Positions 18,733 through 32,800 of a DNA stretch of 64,000 nucleotides are shown in pieces. Position 1 is the first letter of the stretch. Every line of letters starts with the position of its first letter. The position numbers were made by a program, and so were the translations under genes. The stretch is from the IMG/VR virus record IMGVR_UViG_3300020182_000012. The stretch is one strand, 5' to 3'. Origin of the DNA: a virus. The notes beneath the pieces were generated by a model. It made no database searches. It was given only the letters and a program-made list of their open reading frames with translations, and was not told the origin of the DNA.

Positions 18733-20124
18733 TTAGCTAATTTTCACAATTGCTTCTACAGTGCCGAGACCCTCGGTTTTTTTGTTCGTTAGCGCACGGC
18801 CAATCACATTAAACGCTGTAACTTCGTCTAAAGTTGCTGCTCTGGCTGCGCCGTTTCCTGCACTCACTAGTCTATCACCTTTAGACACAAAGCCCATTGT
18901 CATAACCGGAACACGCCCTGTCATAGCAATTGCCGGGTGTGTAACATCATTTCCGTACCCTGCATTCATTGTGTAAGCTGGGCGAGTTGATACTACTCCA
19001 AAAACATTAGTTGAAAGATCATCTGCACAAATTGTGATTTCTTCACTGCCGCCGAGCTCGACTACTGTGCCAGATGCGTATTCTGCATCTGCTGAAAAAC
19101 GCTCTGCCAAGTCGGCGTATTCTGCAGACGTTGCTTTAGCAAATATTGTATTAAACGAGCCGCCTGCAGCGCCGATATTTCCAATACCGTCAGCATTGCC
19201 ATTTGTTATACTAGCAACTGTTACCGAGCCAGACGAAACCAAGCTGGTGTTAACAGTAACAACTGAAGATGCGCCATCAATTGTCATAGCAGTAGTTTGC
19301 GAACCGCCGTCATTGACACGAATTATAATATCGCCATCTTGTGTTTGGTTTTGAAAGTACACATCTGTGCCGCTAACATTTAGTCGACCATCGTTGTCAG
19401 CACCAAAATAGATACCTGTATCATTTAATACACTTACTGTTCCAGTTGTACTAGTAGCTGCATCTGAGCGCATAAACTGGGACGCTGTGAGTCCTTCTAG
19501 TCCATCACTGTCACTTGCTGTACCTTTAAATGTTGCACCAGCTACTGTGGTACTCATGTTTAGACCTGGAGAAATTGTAGCAAAGCCTGAAAGTGCCGCA
19601 GCCGGAGTAAACGTTGCGTCTTTAGACCAAATACCACAAATAACGTTGTTAACATACATCAACACAACAACATGATCTGAACCAGGGCTACTGTCAGTAA
19701 TTGTATCAACAATAGCACCAGATGTGCCTTCGCCGCTAGTAAACGCTGGGCCAATTGTTACAAAAGCACTACCACTGTAGACTTTAAGTTGATCATTTAC
19801 TGTATCAAACCAAAGATCACCTGCTACATTACTAGTCGGTGCTGTTGATGATGAAGTTGCTCCTGAAATAGACTTGAACAATGTGCCGTTATATACTTTA
19901 ATAACGTTGTTGGTTTGGTCATACCATAATTGCCCTTGCAAAGGTGTGCCTGGTGCAGTTGTGTTTGCTGCATTTTCCAACAAGTGAACAAAGTTCTCTC
20001 CTAGGAACTCGCCATAGCCTGCGTAGTTTTTACCTACAATGACTTGGCTTGAATCTGTGTTAATAGTACCATCTGCAACTACTGCAAAGATTGTACCATC
20101 TGTTTTGTTAATGGTATACGCCAT
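18733..20124 (-). CDS. Tail fibre/baseplate-associated protein with C-terminal peptidase G2-like (intramolecular chaperone) domain
   Basis: GKNYAGYGEFLGENFVHLLEN, GQLWYD/GDLWFD repeats; C-terminal YADLAERF..GTVV..GVVST.P..GRVPV..KGD.LV..IGRAL. Confidence 0.75.
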   Translation of the reverse strand: MAYTINKTDGTIFAVVADGTINTDSSQVIVGKNYAGYGEFLGENFVHLLENAANTTAPGTPLQGQLWYDQTNNVIKVYNGTLFKSISGATSSSTAPTSNVAGDLWFDTVNDQLKVYSGSAFVTIGPAFTSGEGTSGAIVDTITDSSPGSDHVVVLMYVNNVICGIWSKDATFTPAAALSGFATISPGLNMSTTVAGATFKGTASDSDGLEGLTASQFMRSDAATSTTGTVSVLNDTGIYFGADNDGRLNVSGTDVYFQNQTQDGDIIIRVNDGGSQTTAMTIDGASSVVTVNTSLVSSGSVTVASITNGNADGIGNIGAAGGSFNTIFAKATSAEYADLAERFSADAEYASGTVVELGGSEEITICADDLSTNVFGVVSTRPAYTMNAGYGNDVTHPAIAMTGRVPVMTMGFVSKGDRLVSAGNGAARAATLDEVTAFNVIGRALTNKKTEGLGTVEAIVKIS

Positions 20125-20149
20125 TTGTTTATTACTCCGTTTCCAAGTG

Positions 20150-20157
20150 TATTTATA
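20150..20157 (-). promoter_or_regulatory. T4 late promoter consensus TATAAATA (second box CATAAATA at 20175-20182)
   Basis: Exact match upstream of the GGAG RBS and ATG at 20124. Confidence 0.8.
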
Positions 20158-20177
20158 TCTTTATAATATACGTGTAT

Positions 20178-20843
20178 TTATGTTGCACTAAGATTTGTTA
20201 AAGTCTGAATGCGCACTGTGTAATCAATTTGTATTTGTCTGTTCAATGATTTTTGAACTGGGTGGAAAATAACATGTGTTATTAGTCGCAAATTGGTTGC
20301 ACTACCGTTCCAAACTTTAAGTCCAAGTTCGTCGAACACATAATCTCCATTAAAATCTGTTGAATTATCAAATGCCTGTTGTCCACTCGGCTCTCCATAA
20401 TCTAACAGACAACTAACTAGAATGTCTGTATACACTTTTCCGGTAGTATGCGTCACCGTTAGTTTGTTTCTACTAGTGTCAGTGTTTGATGCACTGTTGT
20501 CGTCAACTACTTTTGAATAAGTTGGATTGTACAGATTAGCGTTTTGCCCTGTAGTGTTAGGTGGCAAGTATGTAATAACCCCTGTTGGGTCTACACTACT
20601 GCCGCCGTTTCCAAATGACATATTATAGATTTGTCCAATGCTTTTATTTGCAAGACTATTTGCAAGTGCTTCGCTCATATTTTCATAATGAATTGCATTG
20701 CGTTTATCTATAATTACTTCATCGGTGTTTGGATCAAAAATTTTGATGTGCCCACTAATAGCAACCTGGCCATTTTCGTTTGGCGCAACTTCTTTATTTT
20801 GTTCCATTGACATCTCGTTAACGTTATCTTTATCTACTTCCAT
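20178..20843 (-). CDS. Baseplate/tail-associated structural protein
   Basis: 221 aa; GHIKIFDP, NAIH, FDELGL, THVIFHPVQKSLNR; context in the baseplate module. Confidence 0.65.
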   Translation of the reverse strand: MEVDKDNVNEMSMEQNKEVAPNENGQVAISGHIKIFDPNTDEVIIDKRNAIHYENMSEALANSLANKSIGQIYNMSFGNGGSSVDPTGVITYLPPNTTGQNANLYNPTYSKVVDDNSASNTDTSRNKLTVTHTTGKVYTDILVSCLLDYGEPSGQQAFDNSTDFNGDYVFDELGLKVWNGSATNLRLITHVIFHPVQKSLNRQIQIDYTVRIQTLTNLSAT

Positions 20844-20862
20844 GCTGTATTTACCTATCTAG

Positions 20863-23800
20863 TTAACCTTGGTCTTTAAGAAATAATGCTGCTACGGTAG
20901 TTTGATCTTGCAGCGCAATTCCGTTACTTGCTGTATTATTTCCTTGTTTGTACATTACGTTACCATTGACTATTGAGATATCAATTTCTACGCCATCAGC
21001 TGGTGCAGTTGTAAGTGTTACTTCAACTTGGGTTGCATCAACTTGAGTTACAGTATAATCAACAGTATTAATCAGCTCTGCGCCGCCAACGCTAACTCTA
21101 ACTGCTTCGTCGAGCTCTGTACTGTCAACTGTTGATGGTACAACAATCCCAGACCCAATAAAGGTGGTAGTTGAACCGTCGCCAATATTTGTTTTATCAG
21201 TTGTAGTTTTTTGCTGATACGTACTTGGCAACTGTTGTGCTAGTCCAACATCGCTGACACTTACGCCGCTAACGTGCGCCATTGCACCGGTACCGGCTAC
21301 ACCTCTGCGCAATCCACTAACAGTGTTGTTTGATAAATCCCGTGATCTGTAAGTGATACGCTCTGCACCAACTATCATCTGTCCAAATATATTTGATTCT
21401 AGATTTGGTGCACTCAATTTGCTTGCATCCTTAACATAAACAACATCATCGTCTATTGCTAGTGCAGATGTTAACTCAGTGGTATTGCCAGTGTTCAGTT
21501 TGAGTATTTTTTGATTTCCCAACATGTCCTGGAAGATACGGAAGTTCAAACTATCCGGAACGACACTCATTGTAAATATAGTTACTATCAACACATCAAT
21601 AGGTCCGAGTATACTGCCATTGACAGTAAGAACACTAAGCCCGTCTGTGCCGGTACTTAGTTCGAAGTCTACACCGTTTCTAAGATACTTGCCATTTAGA
21701 GATACAAATATTCTTTCAGGATTAGTTACAAGTCTACCGAGAGCAAAATTGTTAGTCTCTATAGATATACCAATTGTGTAGTCAAATGGGCCGTCGTCAT
21801 AGTCATTTTCATCAAATGCAATACTAGTAGTTGCACCCTCAGTAGTAGGCCCTTGGTATACCTTGGTAATAATGCTTTGCTCTGATGTGTCATTGAATGT
21901 ATACACAGTAAACGGTGTATCGGGTATAGCACCAACCCGCAACAATAAATCATTTGTGTTCACTATTGTATAATCAGCTTCAGTTGTTACTGCAATCAGA
22001 ATTTTTGCACCATCTGCTGGTTGTGCATTTGCATTAAATTCAACATACCTGTCGCTACTGCCGTCAAACTCGCTTAGTGTCCAATCAACTGCTAGATTCT
22101 GTTGTACGTTATCAACGTACACAATTACATCGTTGTCTGCAATTAATCCTTGATTTGTTTTACCTGTTGTACTCAAATAGTAAGGACCCAAACTCGATCC
22201 GTCGCTAGTATATTCAATGCCCTCTGGTGCTCTCAAACGTAAACCATCACGTTCAACTAACATGTTAACAATGTTTGTTCCTTGTAAACTGTTTGTTAGT
22301 GCATATTGAGATGTACTGCCGTCGTGGGTGAAACGTTGTATTTGAGGTGCACTCCAACTTAGTTGCGTTGGTGTTGTTACTCCAAGTGCAACAATAGTAA
22401 CCCAATCAGTTGACGTGGGCTGTGTATTAAATGTTACATCAGTTGCAAAACTGCCGCTGGCTGCATAAGTGTAGTTTGTAAAAAGTGCGCCATTAACAAA
22501 CACAACCATCTCGGCAATTTCTGTGTATGCTACGTTAATCTGCTGTGTTGCATTGGTGATGGTGTTGCCTACAAAACTTTCTTTGTAAAGTTGCGATCCA
22601 CCTCCTAGTCCATAGATTTGAACATTAAACACATCTCCTACATTTCCACTATTAAGTGTAATTACTTTAGTAACCCAATTAATAGTGTAGCTACTTGGAT
22701 CAACATTTTGTCCACTGAGCTCGTTATAAACTTCAAGCTCAATGGGGTGCTGTATAAGACCTGCAAAACTAACTGTTGTCCCAACTCCGGTGTACTCAAC
22801 GCTAACACCCTTGATGCTAAAGCCGTGGCCGTTATTAGACCAATCACTGCCTGGGCGAGTGTAAACTTTGAGATCTAATGTATCAAACTCACTACCTGGG
22901 ACTAGTTCCTCTGGTGCATGTGAGCTGTATGTGTCGATAAATTCGCCACCTTCAACATTAATATCAGTTGCACGTATTCCCAAGTATGAATCAGTAAACG
23001 AGCTCTCATATATAACATCCAAGATTTCGGCGCTGTATGTTGGCAAGCCCTCGGGGCCAAACTCGATGTTATCAAACGGATTAATATCGTAGTTGCCTAC
23101 ATCAAAACCGGTGTTTTGGTCAAAGTCTGGTCCTTGTACTTGTACACCAGGGTAATCAATCCCTGTCATTAGCTGTGCTAATTCTCGACCTGGATCAGAT
23201 GGAGTTGGCGTATACATACCAATTGTTCTGTCTGCGCCGTCTAGTGTACTTGGATCAACTATTGTATAATTGTCAGGATCGAATGTTGAGGTACTAGTAA
23301 AGTCTGCAATTACTTGATAAACTTTTGCTTGTGTTGTAGCAACCGTGCCAACAGTAGGCACAGGATATCGCACAAGTTCATTTGCAGTATAAACTGTATT
23401 TGCTTGCCAATCAACTACTTGACTGTTGTAAGTAATTCTGTCGTACTTGATTGTTGTTACTATGTCTCGAACTAGACTTGGCGCAAGCACTGCAATTGCA
23501 GTTGCACCAACGCCGTTGCCACCCGAGATAGTAATAATTGGAGTAGTCGTATATCCGCTTCCAGGTGTAAGCACAGTTACACTAATTAATTGTCCAGCAC
23601 TATTAACTTTTGCTTCCATTGTTGCTTGTGTATCTGCATCACCTGTTACAATAACTTGTGGAGGAACAGTATACCCCGAACCACCATTTATTACAGTAAC
23701 ACTGCTCAGTTCTAGCAAGTAGTTGCTAATCCATTGGCTGTAGGGCCAAGTTTTCCATATTGGGTCAGTACTAGGAAAGCTGCTCAATGACATAGGATTG

Positions 23801-26800
23801 TCAGTGTTGTTGTCCAAGATAGGCGATATGAATCCTTGTCTTAGCTCGTCATAATAAGCTGGCACATCAAAATCTGTAGCACTACCATTGTAACTGTCAA
23901 TGCCTTCATAACGCAGGTTAAATTCACGAATTTGAACATGATAAGGTTTAATTTCATCGATGTAATCGCTAACAAAGTCTTGGTTATCACGTTTATAAAT
24001 CGGATACGGAAGCAAGTCGCGAATTTTGTGCGAAACATCAATCAAACTAGTTTTGAACAACCAGTCTGGTGCTGTTTGCTCAGTTATAATAAATTCAAAT
24101 GTTTGAATTAGTAGCTCATTTCGATGAATTTCTAAGTCTGTTGTGAATATTTCTTGATTTAATGCTTTGAGAATCTGACGTGTTTCAGTGTTTGGTGCTT
24201 GATCGAATCTTTGTGCATCAAAAACTTCAGTGTCAAACCCAAATCGCCCAATTGAATAATCCCAAATAGTATTATTGATTGCAACTGTACCATCAGTGAG
24301 CTGTACACGCACCCATTCATTAGAAGCACTAGTCCATTGGTATATTTCGCTTTTGCCAAAACTATTTGCAGTTACTTTAACTGTTTGGCCATTTACTGGT
24401 GTTAATGCAAGTAGGTCACTGTATACTGCAACTTCAGTTTTTGGGCTAATTGATGCATCATATCCTACTGCTACCCAGTCAACATAGCTCCAATAAAGTT
24501 TAGTATCGTATGTTTGAACTCTACTGAGTAACAAGGATTTATCTGCTTGTACTGTATAAGTTGTCCACAATCCTTGCTGAGTGCTGTCACTTGCTACCAA
24601 GTAAATATATCCAACAGGAACTTGACGCAGGTCTTGATATGTCAATTCTGCATATGTTGCAATTCGTTTATCCCAGGCGCCACTATCTTTAGTCGGCTCT
24701 GGTTCTTCGCTATTGAGCAAATCAAACTTCTTGCTGTCTGTAATAGGGTACAGTGCCATAATTTTATTTGCTCGTGATAGATAATTGTCAAGAGCAAGGA
24801 ATCGATCTTTGAACATGCTCTGTCTTGGTCTAAAGTTAACCCCGTACTCGTCGGCTGCACTTAATGTTGCATCTGGTACTATGTTGCCTAGTGTATCTTC
24901 GCCGCAGAAACTATCAAGTAACTTTCTATAAAGGCTGGCGCCAAGGAAACTACTAGGGTTTCCAACAGTAACCAAGTCGTATTCAGCATGGACATTGTCG
25001 GTGTTTGCAATTTTATCAAATTCGATGTGTAAAATTGTATCTTTAGCACTAATAAAACTATTACAGTTGTAAAGTGCTGTTGTGCTAGGTGTTATTGCAG
25101 CCGCATAACTAATGCCACTACTACGTGGATTTTCGATATACTGTGTTACCCCAGCAGCACTTAGAGTTTTACCCGGGCTTACGCTTGTGATGCCTTTTAC
25201 CCAATAGTAATAATAAGTTACAAAAGTTCCTGCACTGTCGAGCACACTTGTCATAGTGTAACTCGTGGTACTGTAAACTGTGCCAGTTCCTGTGTATTCG
25301 CTTGGCGGCACTGTATTCTCTGTCCACTGATACACATCTACAACAGAACCTTCAAATAGTTGACCCCATCGTCTGGCTTTGTATTCGATTGTGTCTTGGT
25401 GATAATCAATAAATCGAACTGTTGATAAATCCCACCACATTTCTCCGAGATGATTGCTGTTCCATTGTGAACCAAAATTGTTTACTTCGCCAGTATTGTA
25501 TGCAGCAGGATCAACACCGCCGGTGTAGTTAATATTTGCCTGCGCTGCTCCAAGTATTTTTCCATTCAGTGGATCAATAAAGTCCAAGTAATTAGTAACA
25601 TCGTTGCTGCGCTTGTCATAAAGGAACACACTGTTTAGAAGTGCGGTGTTGACAACTGGCTCTTGCTTGTATACTATTTTCCAAGCTAGTTCTTTTTTGG
25701 CATTAATAACTTGAATAGTGCGGCCGCTGTTAAGGTCTGTACTGTCATCGAGATCATTATTTGGTGCACCTACTAGCAACGTACCGTTGCGATAATCAAC
25801 AGCTGATCCAAATTTATCAAGACTGTTTATAGTTGTGTCAAATATTTGTTGACCAAACACAAATTTACCAAAGTTTGTAATACTTGGGTTTGCTGCATTT
25901 AAGAAATCATATGTTATTGCAACGCCTGATTGTGTTACTGGATCATTAAATGGTGTGCTACCTGAATCAAAATCAGTGGTTGCAGCATCAAATGTTGTTG
26001 CCATAATTGCAGTTGAGTCTGGTGCACCAACTACTAGTGTTAGTGCATTATTACTAATGCTTGCACTGGTTCCAAAATGACCATATGCTTGCACTATTGG
26101 CGATGTGATCTGTTGTGCAAATACCATTTGTTCAATTCCAAGATCAGCATAGGCTGTTCCAGCGCCAGGTAATACTTGCAACTTGATAAATTCATCGCCA
26201 GCAGCTACATTTTGCAATGTGAGAAGCAATTTACCAGCATTGTCAATTGCAGTTATATTAGGAATATTTGCATCATTGATATCACTAACCAATGACGCAA
26301 CTGTTGTACCAGTTAATACAACATAATAATTGTTAATACGAATACTATTTCCAACAGTTAATACTGGATTAGCAATAGTTCCTGTTATAGTGCCAAACAA
26401 TCTACTTTGATTTGCCCAGCGCTCAACACTACCAGCTTCGGGTTTAATTGCACTGTCGTTTGGCACACCGACATACAAACTACAATTTGTTGGGCAGTTT
26501 TTAACTACACTACCAAAATTATAACTAGCGCCAGGTGCAGTTGATTGTATGCTTTGCATCAGTCTAAAAGTATTGGTTTCAATTTCAATTATATCGCCAA
26601 CATTTAGTGTTACAGGATTAGCAGTAGTGCCAATTGTAATAACATTGCCAGCAACACTAAACTGCGGATTGTTAAAGTTATTAGTTGGAATTAAATAATT
26701 GCCATTAACAGTGACACTTACCGGGCCATTTGGGGTATCTGTAACAGTGTAAGTTTTAACTGTTGCATCGGTTACTTGAAATCTTTCAACACTCCTGTCC

Positions 26801-29800
26801 ATAATATGAACTGTGCCTGCTAGAGTGTCAGAACCAACTGTATCGTCGGGTGCGCCAACCATGATTTGACGTCCGTCAGTTGTCGTCGAAATGCTTTGAC
26901 CAAGTCGGGCACCGCCTACTATACCAGATACAGTAAATGTGTCAATGTGTTTCCAGTAATTTTTTGAATTAATAACAACTGTACCTGTTGCAGGCGAAGT
27001 AAGCACAACATCATCACCAACAAGCGTATAATCAATAGTTGGGCGCTGTAGTACGTTATTAACATATACTGCAAAACTATAAATGTCACTTACAGTATAC
27101 AACATGCTGGTATCAAATGTAGTTTTTGCAACTGCGTTGTTGTCTGTAAAACCCTGAAGTCGTGTAATTCGCAATGCATCGCCGTTGTTTAGTGCTGCAT
27201 TAAATGTTACATATGTTACGCCGCTAACAGTTTCTAAGACCCAATCTCCGCCAACTGGTTTATTAATGTTGTTAACAGTTACACCAATTTGTGTTTGGTC
27301 GCTAATTACAATATCTGGGGTGATTGCAAATCGAGTAGTAGTAGAATCGCCGGTGTATTCCTTAGCTTGATTTTGTACATCAACCAAGTTATATGCGTCA
27401 ATTTCGTTGGTAGCTGGTGAACTAATATACATCCAGCGTTCGTCTCTACTGATAGCTACTCCGTGTCCGTGCTCTGGTGTACCAGCTGCACCGACAAAGA
27501 TTTGTGTTTGCCTGTAGCTACCATTGGTTGGATTTCTATTAATAGCAACTGCGTAACCTTTATTGCTGTCACTGGCAGGTGCGCCCACAATTGCCCAATC
27601 AAAATCACCCACTGCTAAACTACTACCAAATCCACTAAATCCAGTGGTTGCAGGAGATATAGTACTAGTTTCTACATATACACCTTCGCCACTATTGTAG
27701 GCATTTATTGCGCCAACACCGGAATTAAAACCTGGAGCACCAACTATTAACCCTTGGTTACGCAAGCCTTGGGCAATAGCTGTACCAAATCGTGAATTCA
27801 TTTCAGTAGTAGGAGAGGCTAGGTCACTTGGTTCACCGAATGGATTAATTTTCTCCAACACTTCCCAGTTGTCGTTGCCGTTGTTGTCAACCCACACTTC
27901 GTTGGTAGGCAATATGTCGTTTACAAAGCTCAAGTTAGCAATATCAGCCGGCTGTGCAACACGAACACTTTCTAACACAAACGCACGACCGTTGCCGGTT
28001 ACGTCAGTTGTATTTCCGAGTAGTACTAAATCAAGAACTAGAGTTTTTAACCCTGTTACCGATTTAACAATATAGGCGCCATCAACATTATTATTGAAAT
28101 ATTTAATAACCAATCTATCTGCTGCCAACAATCCGTGATTAACATCAAATGTTACTGTGCATGTCCCGTTTAAATTATCAAATACACGGACAACATTGGC
28201 ATTAACCAAATTGGTCCTATAGATATTCCAATTATATCTATTGTCCTTTGCTACCCATACATTAGTACCAACAGTAACTTTCTCCATGTTAAGAATAACA
28301 TTTGTCAAGTCATTGTAGTCAAAAACTTTAATATCAACATCGTCGTAATTTACATAACCAGCACTTGGTAATCCCACATCTTGAGGAATCTGAGACACTG
28401 TTGGTAGTATGTCTGGATCAGTGATTTTATAACTTTGTTTGTATAAGTTGTTTACTAAAACTGTTTGATTTGCGGTACTTGTTTCACCAGCATTAACAAC
28501 ACCAATTGTGGTTGGATTACCAAGTAATTTGCTTTCGTCAAGTTGCAATTCATAGTAACTACGATTTGCGCTTGCACCATATAGCCCACGCTGTATTGCC
28601 CAGTTTTCAAATATTTCATATTCAGCTTGTTCTTTGCCAAGATTGGCACTCTTAAAGACTTCGGCTGCCTGTAGTGTGCCTTTTGTTCCCAAGAATTGCG
28701 AGTATAGCCCGGCTTGCGAAATATCGTCTAAGTTTAAATTCTGCATATACTGTCTTGGTCTGAATCCAATTAGTCCCATACCAAGTAATGTAGCATCGTC
28801 TTCGAGATTTGCAGTGTGGATATCATAGTTTTCTTGTAAACCGCTTGCTTTACTAGAAAGGTTCGGCAACAACCCTTTTTGTATTTTACTATAATCGCTT
28901 TTTATCCACTTGGAGAAATCAAATTTTTCTGTTGGTGCTAATAGTTCAACTGCACTCCAGTAAGAATTCTTATAAAAAACAATTTGCCCTTTGGTATATG
29001 CTTGGTTAGGAACCCAAGGCTTAATGTTATCCTCATTGAGAATAAATCCTTGTGCATCAAGTGTACCGTTCCAATCATACACTGTGTAACCATTCAATAA
29101 CAAGCGACTTTGTCTTGCTGCGGTCTTTGGTTCGTACACCAGGTCATTAAAGATACTAACATTATCAAAAACAATAATGTGTTCATAGCTAGTAAATCTT
29201 GCATTAAGATAACTGAAGGTTTGGTTATTAAGACCAACTAATTTTAGTTCATTGTCCAATCTTTCGACTGCATATTCGTTTGTTGTTAGCGGAGTATAGT
29301 TCTGATCCAACAATACATCATTGATGTTTTCGTTTTTTAAACTTTCGACTACGCTGTTTGGCTGCTCTAATTTTAGTACATTAGCAGCTGGGTTTAAATT
29401 AATCAGACTGCCTGCAATCCAGGCCTGCCCGGCCCAGTATAAAAATTCTTGCGCCATTTGATCCCAATTAAGGATCACTGTATCTTCACGTGATTCAAAC
29501 GCCATACCTTGTGACTCAAGTAGTTTGCCGTAGCTAACTAAAAAGTCAACAACTCCGTTTTTACTAGTGAATTCGTAACCATATGGCACAGTGATTACAT
29601 TGTTAGAATATGTATTAGCAACACGGAATGTTTCGCCATTCACCGTCATCCTGTTGAAGTTTCCGCTTGGTACACTTTCTAGTATGCTGAAATATGGTTT
29701 TGTAGTTGAGTACCCGCTAACAGTATAGCCTGTTGTAGTTCTTTGTACAATAACGCTGCTATATTGTATTTCAGAGAAACTTGGGTTTTGGTACAGGAAT

Positions 29801-32800
29801 AGTTGATAACTTTCGTCAGGCAACAACAGGCTAGCATTAAGACTGTTCGGAGAACTCTTCTCGCTGAATATCTTTAAATAATTCTGATCGCTGAACGCTG
29901 CCATTCTATAACATAAACGCACATCAATGTTTGCTAATTTATCTGTTAATAGTGTAGTGCTGTCTAAACCAGTAACTCTATTATAGTCAACAATGAAATT
30001 AATATAACTGTTCTTAATACTGCCGTTACCATAAATTCCAATTTGTGACGCATTTAATCTAAATCTATTGTTTAACAAATACTGACCAAAGACTGCATTA
30101 TAATTCCAAGCATCTCTGTCAGAGTACAACGAGAAGTAATCTGCTGGCTTAGTCAGTGCAAGTAATCTTTGTATTGCAAAAGGATAATAACTACTACGTC
30201 TCCAGGCTGTTTCAGCTGGTCCCATGTCACCGGTAACCCAAGATTTTTTGAAACTGTTTTGGTCATAGTTGCCAACAACACTGTCAAATGGTGATAACAG
30301 TCTTCCTTGGCTATCAGTGGGAATAACATTCAACAAACCAGGGCGTACATAGTCTGGCAGCACATATGGTGCAATTGGATCTGCAACACGGCCCGCTGCT
30401 AGATCTTCCCATAGTACCAAGTTACCCGAAGTGTAAGGCGCAGGGCCATATCGTGTTTCCCACCATGATGGCTTTTCGGATAATCCTAGCATTTCCCAAG
30501 GACGGGTGTCTGGGCTGTCTGTGTCGTATAATTGGAAGTAAATTGCTCTCCATCCACCTAGTAAAGAATCGCCTGACAAACGATTGGTACTGTTACTATA
30601 GTTCCAAGTAAATTCATTGGTTGCAATGTAATCTTGATTTTTATATGGAACACGATTACCGCCTGCCCAACTTAAGAAACTAACAGCAAGCATGCTATTA
30701 ATTGTAGCTAACGAGTAATTAGTGGTACGGAATTGACCAGGAATAACATCAGCTGCACTAATAGGCAACGTTTTGCGGCTTTCGGCACTAATTTTTATAT
30801 TGTTGTATACTCGCTTTTCAAACTCAAGCAATACATCGTTTCTAAAATCACCTTCGTCCCATGCAATTGTTATACTGCCGTCGTGTCCTCGAATAACCTG
30901 CTGCGGTTCAACGTATGTAGTATCCTCAAATTTTTCTGGTTTAAATATTTCGTACATGCCCATCATTGACGGGGTTGCTGGCACATAACTGCCAGATGTT
31001 GAAGTATATTCGCGGATACTGATAATGTCACCTGTTGCTAATGTAACATTCTCAGTATTAATTGTGATACGAGGGCCGTCGGCTGCTACCGTATAGTCGT
31101 GTCCGTTACCAATTAGGATAGTCTCGATTCCGGTGCTCTTCGGTGTATGGTATACCAATATACCTGCATAATTTGCCGCAAACATGTTGTAACTATAAAG
31201 TGTGTCAAACACGTTTGTAGTAATTGCACTAACTGTGTATGTTGTTAACTCGAACACAGGCCCCGACGGGATAGCATCGGTCCAATAGAATGGACTTAGT
31301 TGATTTTTGCCGCTGTTTATTGCGTCCAGTGTATCATCTAATATTTCGGCAGTTGTTTTTGATTGCCAGTCATTTTGTGCAACATAGTTTAAAATCTTAT
31401 TTTTTGTTTTGTTGTATTCAGTTGCATTAAATTCCAATGCACGAAAAAACTCAAAGTCCCTGCCATTAATGAAGTTTGTCATCATACTCAATGGAGCACT
31501 TTGTTGCAGAATTAATCCGCCAAACGGAACAACATTGCCGAGGTCACGTACATTGTTTGCACCGTGAATCTTCCCGGAGAAGTTTTCTAAATTTTGACAA
31601 ATACTCTCGTAATGCTTACGAATAGTGCCTAAGGTGAATCCGTTGCTATTTTCGTTTAGTGCATTTGATTCAAGGTTAACTGGTATAGTATAAAAAGCAA
31701 CACCGCTTTCAGTGTCACTGATAACTTGAACTTCAACGATTGCATCAACTGCTGGTTGTTTGTCCGTATTAAACGTAATTGTAGTCGTATTGTCAACATT
31801 GGTTGCATAGGTGTAATCTTCTGGAAGAACAAACTGTCCTTCAACATACACTTTAACAGGAATTAATGACGTATCAGCAATTACTTGTACGTCTAGCACA
31901 AGCGGTGCAGCATTATATTCAAAACTAAAACTTTGTCGCTGAACTGTTTTAGTAAATGATGTTTGCCATCCTAGCAGTTTATCAAATGTAGTTCTAGTAT
32001 TATACTGCCTAACTGTGCCTTCGTCGATTGTTTTTGTAACACTAACTGTACCGTTTACGTATACAAATGTATCGACATACAAGTTATTGTCGAATACAAT
32101 ATCGCCAACATTAGCAATAGTTGCATACTTTAGAGGCTGTTCGATAATAGTATCCGTTGCACCGCTGCCCACTGCATAGCTGAACAACTTGGTACCTACA
32201 AATGTACTACTTGGATAGACAGTTATATCAGAGTAGCTGTAGCCATTACTGTCGAATATATCAAATAACGGCGCTTGATTGACTTTGGTTTTTTGCTGTG
32301 CACTTATCCAGTTAGTGCCGTTAAACCAATATGCCTTGCCTTGTTGTGTGTTTCCACTCATTACTACTGTAGTAGTGTTGGCGGGCACATCAGGAGTTGT
32401 TAAGCTTGCTGGTTGCAAATCAATAATCGGCGTAGCGCCCGGAGTTAGTTCAACAAACTGTACTTCATAAATTTTATTTCTTACTTCAGGGTCTGCATCA
32501 GCAGCAAAAATAACCTGCGATCCTGAGATCAAGCTATACCCATCAATTGAATACCCAATTGTACCATTAATGTTCGAAAAGGCATCTGTTTCAGAAAAGT
32601 CGATAATATCAATACTATTAATACCTTCTGTACCTGCATTGAAAAGTTTTAGATTTTTTCTAAACTCTAAGATAGGACGTTTGGCTCTGTTGTCATTGTT
32701 GATTGTCAATGGAACGTTGTTGTATGTCGCTGTGGCGTCCAATACATCAATATGGAACCATCTGTTGCTGCGACTCCAGGCGTTGCGGTCTATGCTTGCA

